This document shows, in pieces, positions 17,653-27,713 of a stretch of 64,000 nt of DNA. The notes under the pieces were generated by a model that was given only the letters and a program-made list of their open reading frames with translations, ran no database searches and was not told where the DNA came from. Each line of letters starts with the position of its first letter. Position 1 is the first letter of the stretch. The translations under genes and the position numbers were made by a program. The stretch spans positions 2,566 to 66,565 of the forward strand of contig DAOTWG010000004.1 of NCBI GenBank assembly GCA_034436015.1, given 5' to 3'. This DNA is from Anaerolineales bacterium. GTDB lineage: Bacteria; Chloroflexota; Anaerolineae; Anaerolineales; Villigracilaceae.

Positions 17653-18909
17653 ATGGAGCCGTTTATGAAGAAAACCCTTTCCCTGCGGCAACTCCTGGCG
17701 CTCAACGCCTATTGGGTAGGCATTTCGTTTATGTGGAACACACTCCATCCAATCGTCTTGCCGGCCGTCATGCTCAACTTTGTGCCGGAACATCAAAAGA
17801 ACACGTATTTGGGGCTTCTGACTTTCGCAGGCCTTGTCATTGCTATGGTCATCCAGCCAATTTCCGGGGCGATCTCTGATGGCTGGAAGTCGCGGTTCGG
17901 GCGCCGGCGCCCTCTTATTGTTATCGGTACGCTGGTTGACTTCATCTTCCTTACCTTGCTGGCTTGGGCTGGGAGATTGACCTGGGTATTCCTTGGCTAC
18001 ATTGGCCTCCAATTCAGCTCGAACATCGCTCATGGACCAGCGCAGGGGCTGCTGCCCGACCGAGTCCCGAAAGAGCAAATTGGCGCGGCAAGTGGATTGA
18101 AAATTTTCATGGATATGCTGACCATGGCTGTTGCCACCCTGACGGCCGGCATGTTGCTCGACCCGCAGACTCGTAATCCCGCGCCGGTCATGTCCATCGT
18201 GATGGGGTTGCTGTTTCTCTCCCTCCTTATCGCCGTGTTATTTAACCCAGAACGGCCCACCGGCGAGGAGGAGGCGCGGGCAACCTGGCAAACCGCCTGG
18301 AGCAACTTGTCCACTCAGTTCAGGATTGATGTTCGTCAGAATGCCTCCTATTGGTGGTTGATTGCCCAGCGCTTCGTGTTCCTGTTGGGCATTTACGGTA
18401 TCCAGCAATTCGCGCAGTACTACATCAAGGACGTGTTGCAAGCGCCCAATCCCCAGCGTGATACGGGCATTTTGCTCGCCTCGATCACCGGCGCGCTCCT
18501 GGCCCTGTCCGTAGTCGGAGGCTGGCTGACCGACCGCTTTGGCGCCAAGCGCATTCTCCATCTGTCCGTCGTGCTCACCGCCATAGGCTGCGTCTTGCTC
18601 CTTCTTGGACGCGATATTCTTGCCCTGGGACTCTACAGCAGTGTGCTAGGGATGGGAATGGGGCTTTTCCTGACAGCCAACTGGGCGCTGGCGAATAAGC
18701 TCGCCCCCGGCGAGGAGGCCGGAAAGTATATGGGATTGACCAACATCGCCACCGCCGGCGCCGGCGCGCTGGCCCGGCTCTCCGGCCCCGTTCTGGACGC
18801 TCTGAACAACGTCCGCCCCGGTCTTTGGTTAGGGTATACGGTTTTGTTCCTGTTCGGGGCCTTCTGCGCTCTGATCAGTCTCCCTCTATTGGCCAAGGTA
18901 CGCGAATGA
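17653..18909 (+). CDS. MFS-type transporter
   Basis: AAGGAG lies 6 nt upstream of ATG 17653 (ORF-track start 17551 is unlikely). Polytopic hydrophobic profile. GWKSRFGRRRP loop typical of MFS/GPH transporters. Confidence 0.8.
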   Translation: MEPFMKKTLSLRQLLALNAYWVGISFMWNTLHPIVLPAVMLNFVPEHQKNTYLGLLTFAGLVIAMVIQPISGAISDGWKSRFGRRRPLIVIGTLVDFIFLTLLAWAGRLTWVFLGYIGLQFSSNIAHGPAQGLLPDRVPKEQIGAASGLKIFMDMLTMAVATLTAGMLLDPQTRNPAPVMSIVMGLLFLSLLIAVLFNPERPTGEEEARATWQTAWSNLSTQFRIDVRQNASYWWLIAQRFVFLLGIYGIQQFAQYYIKDVLQAPNPQRDTGILLASITGALLALSVVGGWLTDRFGAKRILHLSVVLTAIGCVLLLLGRDILALGLYSSVLGMGMGLFLTANWALANKLAPGEEAGKYMGLTNIATAGAGALARLSGPVLDALNNVRPGLWLGYTVLFLFGAFCALISLPLLAKVRE

Positions 18910-18979
18910 CATCTTCATCTTGCAACTCCTCGCGAACGCTATACGTATATCTTTAGAACGATCTTCTAGAGGAGCAATC

Positions 18980-19585
18980 GTGAACGAGGAACAGGTCTGG
19001 GTAATCCAGGCCCAACACGGAGATAACGATGCGTTTGCTCGGCTGGTGGAAGCGTACCAGACGCCGGTCTATAACCTCTGCTACCGTATGCTTGGCGAAG
19101 CGGAGGTAGCCGAGGACGCTGCCCAGGAGACCTTCCTCAAGGCTTTTCAGCACCTCTCCCGATACGACAACAATCGCTCCTTTGCCACTTGGGTGCTGTC
19201 CATTGCCGCCCACGATTGCATTGACCGCCTGCGTCGGCGACGTTTCATCGCTTTTTCGTTGGACGACAATCGAGAAGAAGACGATGCAGAGACAGAATGG
19301 CCAGATGGCAATGCCATTGATCCCGAAAACGAAGCCATCCGGCGAGAGGAGCAACGCTTGATTCACCGTTCGCTTCAGTCGCTCGAACCGGCAGATCGCG
19401 CGGCTATCATCCTGCGCTACTGGCATCAGGCCTCCGAGGTCGAGATCGCCGAAGCCTTAAGCCTGAGCACGCCGGCTGTCAAGAGTCGTCTATACCGCGC
19501 GCGCCGTCAACTGGCCCGCTTGTGGGAACAGAAGACCTCCACTGCCAAGCTAAGGAGGAAACCCCATGAATCACCGGCCTTTTGA
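18980..19585 (+). CDS. ECF-type RNA polymerase sigma factor
   Basis: GTG 18980 is preceded by GAGGAG. Region 2 is FARLVEAYQTPVYNLCYRMLG..AEDAAQETFLKAF; region 4 is LSLSTPAVKSRLYRAR. Confidence 0.88.
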   Translation: MNEEQVWVIQAQHGDNDAFARLVEAYQTPVYNLCYRMLGEAEVAEDAAQETFLKAFQHLSRYDNNRSFATWVLSIAAHDCIDRLRRRRFIAFSLDDNREEDDAETEWPDGNAIDPENEAIRREEQRLIHRSLQSLEPADRAAIILRYWHQASEVEIAEALSLSTPAVKSRLYRARRQLARLWEQKTSTAKLRRKPHESPAF

Positions 19586-20096
19586 AGATTGGTTGTTCGA
19601 GGAAACCCCGCTCAGCCCATCCCAAAAACGCTTGCTGGATGCTCACCTGCGCGAGTGCTCTTCCTGTCTGGCTCTGGCAGAGGTCGGCGTGGTGTTGCGT
19701 TCTGCTCGTATCGCCGGTCCTTCCAATGGCTTCGTGAACCGCTTCCGCCAGCGGTTGGTCGCGCGGCAACAAGAACAGCGCAGGAGATTCATCCTAGGCG
19801 TTTTCCTGCTGGCCTTGACTGTAGGGAGTGCTCTCATCGGACTTGCCTGGCCTTTCCTGAGCGCATTCTCCGCCAATCCCGGGCGCATGATCCTGGAATG
19901 GGTCTCCTATGTCGTCATGCTCTGTCTCAGCTTGCAAACATTGTTCGAGACTCTTCAGGTCCTCGCGCGCATCGGAATCTCCCTCATTCCCAGTCAGGTG
20001 TGGATGGTGACTTTTCTGTTGTTGAGCGCGATGTGCGCGATAGGGATCGTCTCCTTAGCAAAAATGATCCGCATTCCGCAAGGAGTTCGTTTATGA
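19566..20096 (+). CDS. membrane anti-sigma factor (zf-HC2-like)
   Basis: Overlaps the sigma gene by 20 nt. HLRECSSCLA motif followed by TM helices. Confidence 0.75.
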   Translation: MNHRPFEDWLFEETPLSPSQKRLLDAHLRECSSCLALAEVGVVLRSARIAGPSNGFVNRFRQRLVARQQEQRRRFILGVFLLALTVGSALIGLAWPFLSAFSANPGRMILEWVSYVVMLCLSLQTLFETLQVLARIGISLIPSQVWMVTFLLLSAMCAIGIVSLAKMIRIPQGVRL

Positions 20097-21163
20097 AAAC
20101 GTATTGGAAAACCCTCGTATTGACTCTGCTGGTTCTGGTGTCTTTCTTCCCAAGCCGCGTTGTGGCCGCCGGCAACGGGGTCTTCGATGGACAGATCATT
20201 GTTGGCCGATCGTTCGCCTTGAAAAGCGGAGAGACATTATCGGGTGATCTAGCCGTCGTGGGTGGTTCGGTTTCCATTGAACAGGGAGCAAAGGTGGAGG
20301 GAAACATCGCCGTCGTTGGTAGCATGTTGCGCATTGATGGCGAGGTAACCGGCGACGTGGCTGTGGTAGGCAGCCTCGCGAATCTTGGCGAGACCGCTTA
20401 CGTGGGCGGCAACGTGGCCGTAGTTGGCGGATCGTTGCAACGCGCCGAAGGCGCACGCGTGGCCGGCCGCGTCGTGGGCGTGGTAATGTCTGGCGCAGGG
20501 TGGGATGGTGAGGTAACCATACTTCCCATGGAATCGCCCGCTATGCCCACGCCGCCGGAGCTGCTGGAATTCCCATCTCTCTTCCGAAGCGTTCCGCCAA
20601 TCTCCCGGGACTTGTGGCGCGGCATCCCCGAAGCCTTTGTGCAGGGGGTAGGGTTCGCTTTGCTGGCCATGTTGCTCATGCTCTTCCTGGCTCAGCCAGC
20701 GGAACGCGTCTCGCAAACGCTGATTTCCCGCCCTGTGCTGACCGGCGCAGTTGGTCTCCTGAGCATCGTGGTTACGCCTCTGTTGGTGGTCATCATGGTC
20801 ATGACGATTCTACTCATCCCGTTTATCCCCATCATAGCGTGGGCCCTGGTTGCCGCTTTGCTTTTTGGCTGGATATCGCTTGGTTATGGAATTGGGCAAC
20901 GCCTTGCACTCGCCTTTAAAGGCGACTGGCATCCATCCTTCGCCGCCGGACTAGGGACGTTCTTGTTAACCATTAGCGTTTTTGCTTTGACGAACATTCC
21001 CGGTGTACGGTGTATTGGCTGGGTTATCCCGACCCTGTTAGCAATCGCTGCGCTGGGCAGTGTCGTGCTTACGATGTTCGGCACGCGTTCCTATCCCGGT
21101 CCGGCGCAGCCGTCCACGCCTGCCCTCCCACCTCCTGAAACCCTAGCGAGCGGTGGTTCATAA
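20093..21163 (+). CDS. membrane protein with bactofilin-like (polymer-forming) beta-helical repeats
   Basis: ATG 20093 overlaps the anti-sigma stop (ATGA). Signal peptide, repeated G(D/N)(I/V)AVVGS-type units, then a C-terminal multi-TM region. The upstream part of ORF 19589.. is an out-of-frame artefact over the anti-sigma gene. Confidence 0.7.
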   Translation: MKTYWKTLVLTLLVLVSFFPSRVVAAGNGVFDGQIIVGRSFALKSGETLSGDLAVVGGSVSIEQGAKVEGNIAVVGSMLRIDGEVTGDVAVVGSLANLGETAYVGGNVAVVGGSLQRAEGARVAGRVVGVVMSGAGWDGEVTILPMESPAMPTPPELLEFPSLFRSVPPISRDLWRGIPEAFVQGVGFALLAMLLMLFLAQPAERVSQTLISRPVLTGAVGLLSIVVTPLLVVIMVMTILLIPFIPIIAWALVAALLFGWISLGYGIGQRLALAFKGDWHPSFAAGLGTFLLTISVFALTNIPGVRCIGWVIPTLLAIAALGSVVLTMFGTRSYPGPAQPSTPALPPPETLASGGS

Positions 21164-21238
21164 GGGATGGATTGCCTATAAACAGGCGCTTTTCCACCAT
21201 CAATTTGGCCACTGCTTCCTAGCGCACTACCAGAAAAC

Positions 21239-21277
21239 GGCCCTGCTTCGGCTTCGCGCAGGGTCGTTCGTCCTTCT
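21239..21277 (+). terminator. possible terminator after the sigma operon
   Basis: GGCCCTGC / GCAGGGTC stem (8 bp including one G-U), 11-nt loop, then a T-rich GTTCGTCCTTCT tail. Confidence 0.3.
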
Positions 21278-21360
21278 AATCAACAACAAAAAAGTGGATC
21301 GGGGAAAAGGGTATAATTGCCAGCAAGGTTCCTCTCAACCTCCTATACGCAGGAGATGCC

Positions 21361-23019
21361 ATGAAACGCAAACCGATTCGCTGGTTTTTATATGGGATAC
21401 TTGGTTGTCTGACAATGGCAATAGGTGCCTATTTTTGGGCAAACGCGCTTATGGATAGCGCCCTGGCCTATCGTTCTCCGCTGGCCCAACGACCACCGGA
21501 GCCTGGTGCGGCGCCGGAGATTCAACGCCTTGCCCGGCGCGTGGTGATCGTCCTTGTGGACGCGCTGCGCTACGACACATCTCGTCAGATCGAGGTCATG
21601 CCGTTTCTCCACGAATTGCGCGGTCGCGGCGCGCAAGCGATGATGACCAGCCGTCCGCCTTCGTTCTCCGCCCCCGCCTGGACAGTTCTCCTGACTGGCG
21701 CCTGGGCAGATATTAATGACGGCCAGCCCTTCAATCCGCCGGATGATTGGAGCGTCCGGCCTTTTACCCAAGACGATCTATTTGCCGCAGCAGAACGAGC
21801 CGGTTTGAAAGCGGCGGTCTCTGGTTATTTCTGGTTCAAGCAGATGTTGGCCGGGCGAGGAGTGGACGCGGAGTTTTACACGCCAGGAGAAGACGCTGCT
21901 GCCGACCGCGCGGTGGTGGACGCCGCGCTACCCTGGCTGGATTCGGGCGAATATGCTCTCGTGCTGATCCATCTCGACCAGGTGGACTACGCCGGTCATT
22001 ACGAGGGCGGCCCACGCGATCCGCGCTGGAATGAAGCCACAGCGCGTGTGGATGCTTTGCTCGCGGAAATTGCCGCGCGTCTTGACCTGAACCGGGATGC
22101 GCTGCTGATCGTTTCCGATCACGGACACATCGATCGCGGCGGGCATGGCGGCCCGGAAGCGGTCGTCTTGCATGTGCCCTTCGTGCTGGTCGGTCCAGGG
22201 GTGCGGTCGGGTTACTACTCCGATGTCGAAATGGTTGACGTGGCTCCAACAGTTGCCGTCTTGCTCGCGCTGAATTTGCCGGCTTCCAGCCAAGGTCGCC
22301 CGTTGACGGAAATGTTGACCCTGTCCACGGAAGACATCGCCCGAATCCGTGCGGCGGAGGCAGCACAGAAAGAACGATTGTTGCGCGCCTATGAGACGGC
22401 CATTGGCTCCCGCTCCGCCTTGCAGCCTTCCGCGGACGAGCCGGCCTCGTATGTTGCCGCCATAGAGGACGCGCGCCTGGGCCGGTTGGGGCGAGAACGC
22501 GTGTGGCGCAATATGTTGGCGGTTTTCGTGGCGATTCTGCCTCCCTATTTGTTGTATGTGCGCCGCGAACGAGGGGCTCTACCGCTACTCATAGGGGCTT
22601 TGGTGTATCTTGTGCTCTTCCACTTTCGCTACGCAATTCTGGACGAGCGTACCTACTCGTTATCCTCGGTCGAGAGTCAGGAGTGGCTCATCCCTTACGT
22701 GAGTCTGACTGCAACGCTGGCGCTTGTCATTGGTTGGTTGCTGGCCATGCTGCTCTCTCGCGCCTTTGTCCAGGGAGCGCGTCGAGCGGCCAACTTAGCG
22801 CTCGGCTATATCTGGCTTGTGTTGTACCTGCTTGTCTTACCCATTTCGGTTAGTTTTGCCGTAAATGGTGCGCTGATTACCTGGACGCTGCCGGAGTTCT
22901 ACACGATGTATCTCGCACTGCTCTCCCTTATTCAGGCGATTGTCGTTGCTGCCCTTGGACTGGTATTGACTGCTCTGAGCGCCGGCATAGGGAAACTGAT
23001 TCATGTCCAGCGGCGTTGA
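21361..23019 (+). CDS. alkaline-phosphatase-superfamily (nucleotide pyrophosphatase/phosphodiesterase-like) integral membrane protein
   Basis: 552 aa. N-terminal TM helix, [12 protein letters not shown] and [13 protein letters not shown] metal-site motifs, and a polytopic C-terminal domain. Confidence 0.8.
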   Translation: MKRKPIRWFLYGILGCLTMAIGAYFWANALMDSALAYRSPLAQRPPEPGAAPEIQRLARRVVIVLVDALRYDTSRQIEVMPFLHELRGRGAQAMMTSRPPSFSAPAWTVLLTGAWADINDGQPFNPPDDWSVRPFTQDDLFAAAERAGLKAAVSGYFWFKQMLAGRGVDAEFYTPGEDAAADRAVVDAALPWLDSGEYALVLIHLDQVDYAGHYEGGPRDPRWNEATARVDALLAEIAARLDLNRDALLIVSDHGHIDRGGHGGPEAVVLHVPFVLVGPGVRSGYYSDVEMVDVAPTVAVLLALNLPASSQGRPLTEMLTLSTEDIARIRAAEAAQKERLLRAYETAIGSRSALQPSADEPASYVAAIEDARLGRLGRERVWRNMLAVFVAILPPYLLYVRRERGALPLLIGALVYLVLFHFRYAILDERTYSLSSVESQEWLIPYVSLTATLALVIGWLLAMLLSRAFVQGARRAANLALGYIWLVLYLLVLPISVSFAVNGALITWTLPEFYTMYLALLSLIQAIVVAALGLVLTALSAGIGKLIHVQRR

Positions 23020-23770
23020 GTATCTGGCAATTGGTCTGGCCGCGATGTCGGCCGGCGTCGTAAACGCTCTGGCCGGTGGAGGTACGCTCATCACATTCCC
23101 AGCGCTTGTTGCTCTCGGCGTTCCGGCGATCACGGCGAATGTGACCAATACGGTAGCGCTCTGTCCGGGCTATTTGGGCGCGACGCTGGCGCAGGCAAAG
23201 GATTTACGCGGGCAACGACAGCGCCTGTGCGTGTTTCTGCCGGCCAGCGCGTTGGGAGGCGTAATCGGCGGCATCCTCCTTTTGCAAAGTGGAGAACGGG
23301 TATTTCGACAAATTGTGCCCTTTCTGATTCTAGCAGCCTCCTTTCTGTTGGCTGTACAGGAGCCATTGCGAACCTGGCTGACCAAGCGCGCCGGGCAGAC
23401 CGGCAATCGTTCCATGGTAATATGGAGCGCGCTTCTTCCGGTCACCCTGGCTTCGATTTACGGCGGGTACTTCGGCGCTGGTTTGAGCGTTATTGTGTTG
23501 GCTGCGCTGGGCTTGTTAATCGGCGACACCCTGACTCGCCTGAATGCTCTCAAACAGGTTATCGCCTTCGGTGTAAACATCGCGGCAGCTCTCTTTTTTG
23601 CCTTCTCAGGCGAAGTGCGTTGGGACATTGCGCTGGCCATGGCAGGCGGCGCCTCGTTAGGAGGAATGCTTGGCGGCAGACTAGCAGGTCGGATTCCTGC
23701 ATCCGCTTTGCGCTTGGTGGTTGTATCGCTTGGCTTGCTAGTAGCCGTGATATACTTGCTGCGTGGATAA
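23003..23770 (+). CDS. TauE/SafE-family sulfite/anion exporter
   Basis: 255 aa with about 7-8 TM helices. Gly-rich repeat halves typical of TauE/SafE. Overlaps the upstream gene by 17 nt. Confidence 0.8.
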   Translation: MSSGVEYLAIGLAAMSAGVVNALAGGGTLITFPALVALGVPAITANVTNTVALCPGYLGATLAQAKDLRGQRQRLCVFLPASALGGVIGGILLLQSGERVFRQIVPFLILAASFLLAVQEPLRTWLTKRAGQTGNRSMVIWSALLPVTLASIYGGYFGAGLSVIVLAALGLLIGDTLTRLNALKQVIAFGVNIAAALFFAFSGEVRWDIALAMAGGASLGGMLGGRLAGRIPASALRLVVVSLGLLVAVIYLLRG

Positions 23771-23794
23771 TCCTTTCACTTCTGGAGGCGCAAT

Positions 23795-24601
23795 ATGCGT
23801 TGGGAAGAGCTGACCGGAGATCAATTCCCCAAAGCTGTGAAAGAAGTCAAGGGTGTTTGCCTCTTGCCGCTTTCTTGCATCGAACGACATGCTCATCACT
23901 TGCCACTCGGCACCGATATGTACATCGGTCGTGAAATTTGCCGGCGAGCCGCCGCGCTGGAGCCGGCTATTATTTTCCCAGATTTTATCTTTACCCAGAT
24001 TTTGGAGGCGCGACACTACCCCGGTTGTATCGGCATCGAGCCACCGTTGATTCTCCAATTGCTCGACAGTGTATGTCGCGAAATTGCCCGCAATGGTTTG
24101 AAGAAAATCATTCTCGTCAACGCGCATGGCGGCAATAACGCTCTAGTGCAGTTCTTTGCCCAGATTCAACTGGCGAGCCGCCGCGATTACGCTGTATACG
24201 TGTTGTCAACTTACAATGAACAGGCAGAGACAAGTCTTCAGGCGCAATGGGATACTCAGGTAGATGGTCACGCTGGCGAACGCGAGACGAGCGCCATCCT
24301 CATGATTCGGCCCGATTTGGTGCATAGAGACGCTATTCCCGCCAACGAGGAGGGAATGCCGTTGGGTCGGCAAAAAGCATTACGCGAGTTGGGAGTGGGT
24401 ACAGGGATTTGGTGGTATGCCGATCATCCCACACACTATTGCGGCGACGCCCGTCCGGCCACAGCCGAAAAAGGGGACGCCTGGTTGGCGGCCTATGCCC
24501 GCGTCCTGGCAAAGATTATTCGCGCGGTGAAAGAGGATAAGGTCACCTTGCGCTTACAAGAGGAGTTCTTCGATCACCTGGAGAAGCGCGATCTGTCATG
24601 A
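23795..24601 (+). CDS. creatininase-family amidohydrolase
   Basis: IERHAHHLPLGTD and VNAHGGN motifs of the creatininase/MftE-like family. Confidence 0.85.
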   Translation: MRWEELTGDQFPKAVKEVKGVCLLPLSCIERHAHHLPLGTDMYIGREICRRAAALEPAIIFPDFIFTQILEARHYPGCIGIEPPLILQLLDSVCREIARNGLKKIILVNAHGGNNALVQFFAQIQLASRRDYAVYVLSTYNEQAETSLQAQWDTQVDGHAGERETSAILMIRPDLVHRDAIPANEEGMPLGRQKALRELGVGTGIWWYADHPTHYCGDARPATAEKGDAWLAAYARVLAKIIRAVKEDKVTLRLQEEFFDHLEKRDLS

Positions 24602-25233
24602 GTACACTGCGGCTGTTGGTGAGTGTAGTCGTCTTTCGCCTGCACGAAGAGACTTTGCAAGTACTCCTATGTCCATCGCTGCAAGACTGGTTTGTGCCGT
24701 TGACGGAGGTAAGCGCGTCCGAATCCCTGGAAGAAACAGCACAACGCCTTCTCGCGACACTGCTTGACAAGCGTCCGTCCTACCTGGAGCAGCTCTATAC
24801 ATACTATGACTCGCCGGAAAAAACGGGACAGGCAGCTGTCCGGGTAACTTATTATGCCCTCATACCCGTTCAAGCCAATGCGCGCGCGGAAGGGGTGGGT
24901 CGTTGGTATATCGTTCACGCCCTGCCCGATCTGCCTCCTCGTTGCCGCGAAGTGTTAAGCTACGCGCTACGCCGCCTGCGGTATAAGCTCGAATACAGTG
25001 CCGTCGGCTTCCAGTTGTTGCCTGAGGAATTCACCCTATCCGAACTGCAACATACCTACGAAATCATTCTCGGTGAGCGGCTAGACAAACGTAACTTCCG
25101 CCGCCGCATCTTGCAAGCCGAAATTATCGAAGAGACCACGCATCGGCGCTGTGGCGAAGGCAGGCCGGCGCGTCTGTACCGCTATCGCCCCGACGCCGTC
25201 GCCGAAATTAAAGCGCGCCGCCTCTTCCCATAA
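24598..25233 (+). CDS. NrtR-like regulator (degenerate Nudix domain + C-terminal winged helix)
   Basis: ATGA overlap with the creatininase gene. The C-terminal FTLSELQHTYEIILGERLDKRNFRRRIL is the NrtR wHTH signature. The Nudix box region (SASESLEETAQRLLATLL) lacks the REx2EE residues. Confidence 0.75.
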   Translation: MSTLRLLVSVVVFRLHEETLQVLLCPSLQDWFVPLTEVSASESLEETAQRLLATLLDKRPSYLEQLYTYYDSPEKTGQAAVRVTYYALIPVQANARAEGVGRWYIVHALPDLPPRCREVLSYALRRLRYKLEYSAVGFQLLPEEFTLSELQHTYEIILGERLDKRNFRRRILQAEIIEETTHRRCGEGRPARLYRYRPDAVAEIKARRLFP

Positions 25234-25258
25234 GCCCTATGCTACATGGGTATTTGCC

Positions 25259-26467
25259 ATGTCTTCCTCTCTACGCCGTTTACATCCGAATATCTGGGTC
25301 GTCACAGCCACCTCGCTTCTGACCGACATCTCAAGCGAGATGATCGCCAATCTCATCCCCCTCTTCCTGACCAATGTACTCAAGACAGGTACGGCAGTTG
25401 TCGGCTTGATTGAGGGAATTGCCGAGACCACTGCCAGCCTGATGAAAATCTATTCCGGCGCGCTTGCGGACAAACTCGGCCGGCGCAAATGGTTGACGGT
25501 CGCCGGGTACGCGCTTTCCACAATCGCCAAGCCTTTCCTCTACTTTGCCCAGACGTGGCATTGGGTGCTCGGCGTACGTTTCGCCGACCGTCTGGGCAAA
25601 GGGATACGAACTGCGCCGCGCGATGCCTTGATCGCCGGCTCTGTGGGCGAGACCCAAAACCAGCGCGGACTGGCTTTCGGTTTGCATCGCGCCGGCGATA
25701 CAGCCGGCGCCTTTCTGGGCCTATTGACCGCGACCATCATCATCTGGTTGATGCAAGGCGGCGCTTTGACCCTGGAACATCGCACGTTCCAAATCGCCAT
25801 CTTGGTCAGCGTTGTGCCGGCTGTCTTGGCCGTGCTGGTGCTCGCCTTTGGCGCGCGCGATGTGCCCGTTGCGCGCCAAAACGGTCAGGCCCCGTTGCTT
25901 AGCCTGAAAGGAGTGGACAAACGGTATAAACTTTTCCTGCTCGTCGTTGTGCTCTTCACGCTAGGAAATTCCTCCGATGCCTTCATCATTCTGCGTGGAC
26001 AGGAACGTGGGCTGACCTTGATGCAGGTGATGGGCATGTTGTTGACGTCCAACTTCGTTTACGCGATCTTCTCCGGTCCTCTGGGATCATTGTCCGACAG
26101 GCTCGGCCGTCGCCGAATCATCCTAGGCGGCTGGCTAGCCTACGGCCTGGTCTATCTGGGCTTGGCTCTGGCGCGCAGCGGTTGGCAGGTATGGCTTTTC
26201 TTTGGTCTCTACGGAATCTATTATGCAGCGACAGAAGGCGTGGCCAAAGCCTTGATTGCCGACCTTGTCCCGTCGGAACAGCATGGGACGGCATACGGGC
26301 TCTACAACGCGGCTGTTGGCCTTGCTGCCCTGCCAGCCTCGTTCATAGCCGGCTTCCTCTGGCAGGGAGCCTTCGGGTGGAACGGTCTTGGCGCCTCTGC
26401 CCCCTTCTACTTTGGCGCAATGCTCGCCTTGTTCGCCAGCTTGCTCTTCTGGCGATTGGTACGTTGA
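25259..26467 (+). CDS. MFS transporter
   Basis: ATG 25259 (the ORF-track start 25151 overlaps the upstream gene). ADKLGRRKWL loop and 12-TM-like profile. Confidence 0.85.
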   Translation: MSSSLRRLHPNIWVVTATSLLTDISSEMIANLIPLFLTNVLKTGTAVVGLIEGIAETTASLMKIYSGALADKLGRRKWLTVAGYALSTIAKPFLYFAQTWHWVLGVRFADRLGKGIRTAPRDALIAGSVGETQNQRGLAFGLHRAGDTAGAFLGLLTATIIIWLMQGGALTLEHRTFQIAILVSVVPAVLAVLVLAFGARDVPVARQNGQAPLLSLKGVDKRYKLFLLVVVLFTLGNSSDAFIILRGQERGLTLMQVMGMLLTSNFVYAIFSGPLGSLSDRLGRRRIILGGWLAYGLVYLGLALARSGWQVWLFFGLYGIYYAATEGVAKALIADLVPSEQHGTAYGLYNAAVGLAALPASFIAGFLWQGAFGWNGLGASAPFYFGAMLALFASLLFWRLVR

Positions 26468-26478
26468 CGGTCTCGAAT

Positions 26479-27669
26479 TCACTTCCACACTGTTAGGATC
26501 GGAATGGCCATTTCGTCAGCGGCATGACCTAAATAGGGCAATCCCCAGGCAAGTTCCACCGTTTTCAACAAGGAATAGTGGGTATAAGGTGTATCATCCT
26601 GAAACCCTTGTTTTGCCAAGGGGGAAATCAAAATAAGCGGCACGCGCCCACCAGCCTCTTCCGGCAAACCGCAGCAGGAACGATCCCCCTGGCCCTCCTC
26701 CCATGTAATGACCAATAGATAGGGCGCGCGCGCGGCGCGCGGTTGCAAGTAGACCAATAACTTGTTGACCCAGTGCGCCAGCCAGGCGTCAGCGATGGAA
26801 GAGGCGCAGTCATGACCGTTGTTGCATTGATTCGGGACGATGAAGGAAAACGCTGGCAAGGAATCAGCCGCGAGATCGCTTTCTAATTGTGTCAACGGCA
26901 CAACGCTGCGCTCGCAACGTGTTGGGTTGTTCCGGATGGAGTCGAAGTAGAGGAAAGGATTGTGTTTCTGAACATATGTAGCCGTATCACCCAAGTAGCA
27001 AGGGCGTGGCATATCCTCAAAATACCCTTTCCAATCGCGGCCAGTCGCTTCCAGTTGGTCCACCAAGGTTGGCGCATCCACGAAACAATCCGTACAGTTG
27101 GTGGTGATGCCGAAGGTATCGCCGCCGATCAGGGCAAGGTAGTTGGGCAGACTCGGGTGCGTGATAGCGTAGTATTGCGTGAGCAAAGTGTATTCCTGCG
27201 CCCATCGATTCACCGTTGGCCAGGCGCTTCTCCCGATCACGGAGCCGAATTCCCGATTTTCCAAGACGATAATCACGATGTGGGCAAAGTTCGGCACGAG
27301 AGGGCGTAGCGTCGCCGTAGCCGTGGGGGAAGGAGAGGGAGAGACTGTCGCGGTAGGGGAAGGAAAGGGAGAAACGGTCGCGTTGGGAGGAGCGCCGGTT
27401 GGTAGCGGGCCGGTATCCGTTGCTACAGGAGAGGGAGGGACATTCGCCGAATACCATGCTTGGCAAGACACCAAACCTGCTGCGAGAGCGGCAAGGAACA
27501 GCCAGCGGCAGAGAGGCTCGCGCGCTCTTTGCCTTACCCATGCGAAAGTTATAGCACATCTCCTAGGAATTGCGCCAAAGAGCCGCACCGCCGACAATGC
27601 CTGCGTGCACGCCCTTTGCCTTAGAGGCTTGCCGAAATGAAGTCTTCTCTGTATGATAAAAGTGTTCAT
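26479..27669 (-). CDS. secreted phosphoesterase-family protein (phospholipase C / acid phosphatase family)
   Basis: HIVIIVLENREFGSVIG and HPSLPNYLALIGGDTFG motifs. Hydrophobic signal-like segment LFLAALAAGLVSC and an S/T/P-rich linker. The true start is uncertain, because a basic ~45-aa extension precedes the signal segment. Confidence 0.8.
   Translation of the reverse strand: MNTFIIQRRLHFGKPLRQRACTQALSAVRLFGAIPRRCAITFAWVRQRAREPLCRWLFLAALAAGLVSCQAWYSANVPPSPVATDTGPLPTGAPPNATVSPFPSPTATVSPSPSPTATATLRPLVPNFAHIVIIVLENREFGSVIGRSAWPTVNRWAQEYTLLTQYYAITHPSLPNYLALIGGDTFGITTNCTDCFVDAPTLVDQLEATGRDWKGYFEDMPRPCYLGDTATYVQKHNPFLYFDSIRNNPTRCERSVVPLTQLESDLAADSLPAFSFIVPNQCNNGHDCASSIADAWLAHWVNKLLVYLQPRAARAPYLLVITWEEGQGDRSCCGLPEEAGGRVPLILISPLAKQGFQDDTPYTHYSLLKTVELAWGLPYLGHAADEMAIPILTVWK
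27323..27382. repeat. 30-nt tandem duplication inside the phosphoesterase linker
   Basis: Units 27323-27352 and 27353-27382 match at 26 of 30 positions. On the minus strand they encode ATVSPSPSPT / ATVSPFPSPT. Confidence 0.8.
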
Positions 27670-27713
27670 GCTACTATCCTAACCGATCTTTCTGAATATC
27701 GAGGAGGCTACTT

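Noticed and set aside
19589-20092. N-terminal 168 codons of ORF 19589-21163
   Set aside because: This is an alternative frame over the anti-sigma gene. The real gene begins at ATG 20093, which has an ATGA overlap and a signal peptide.
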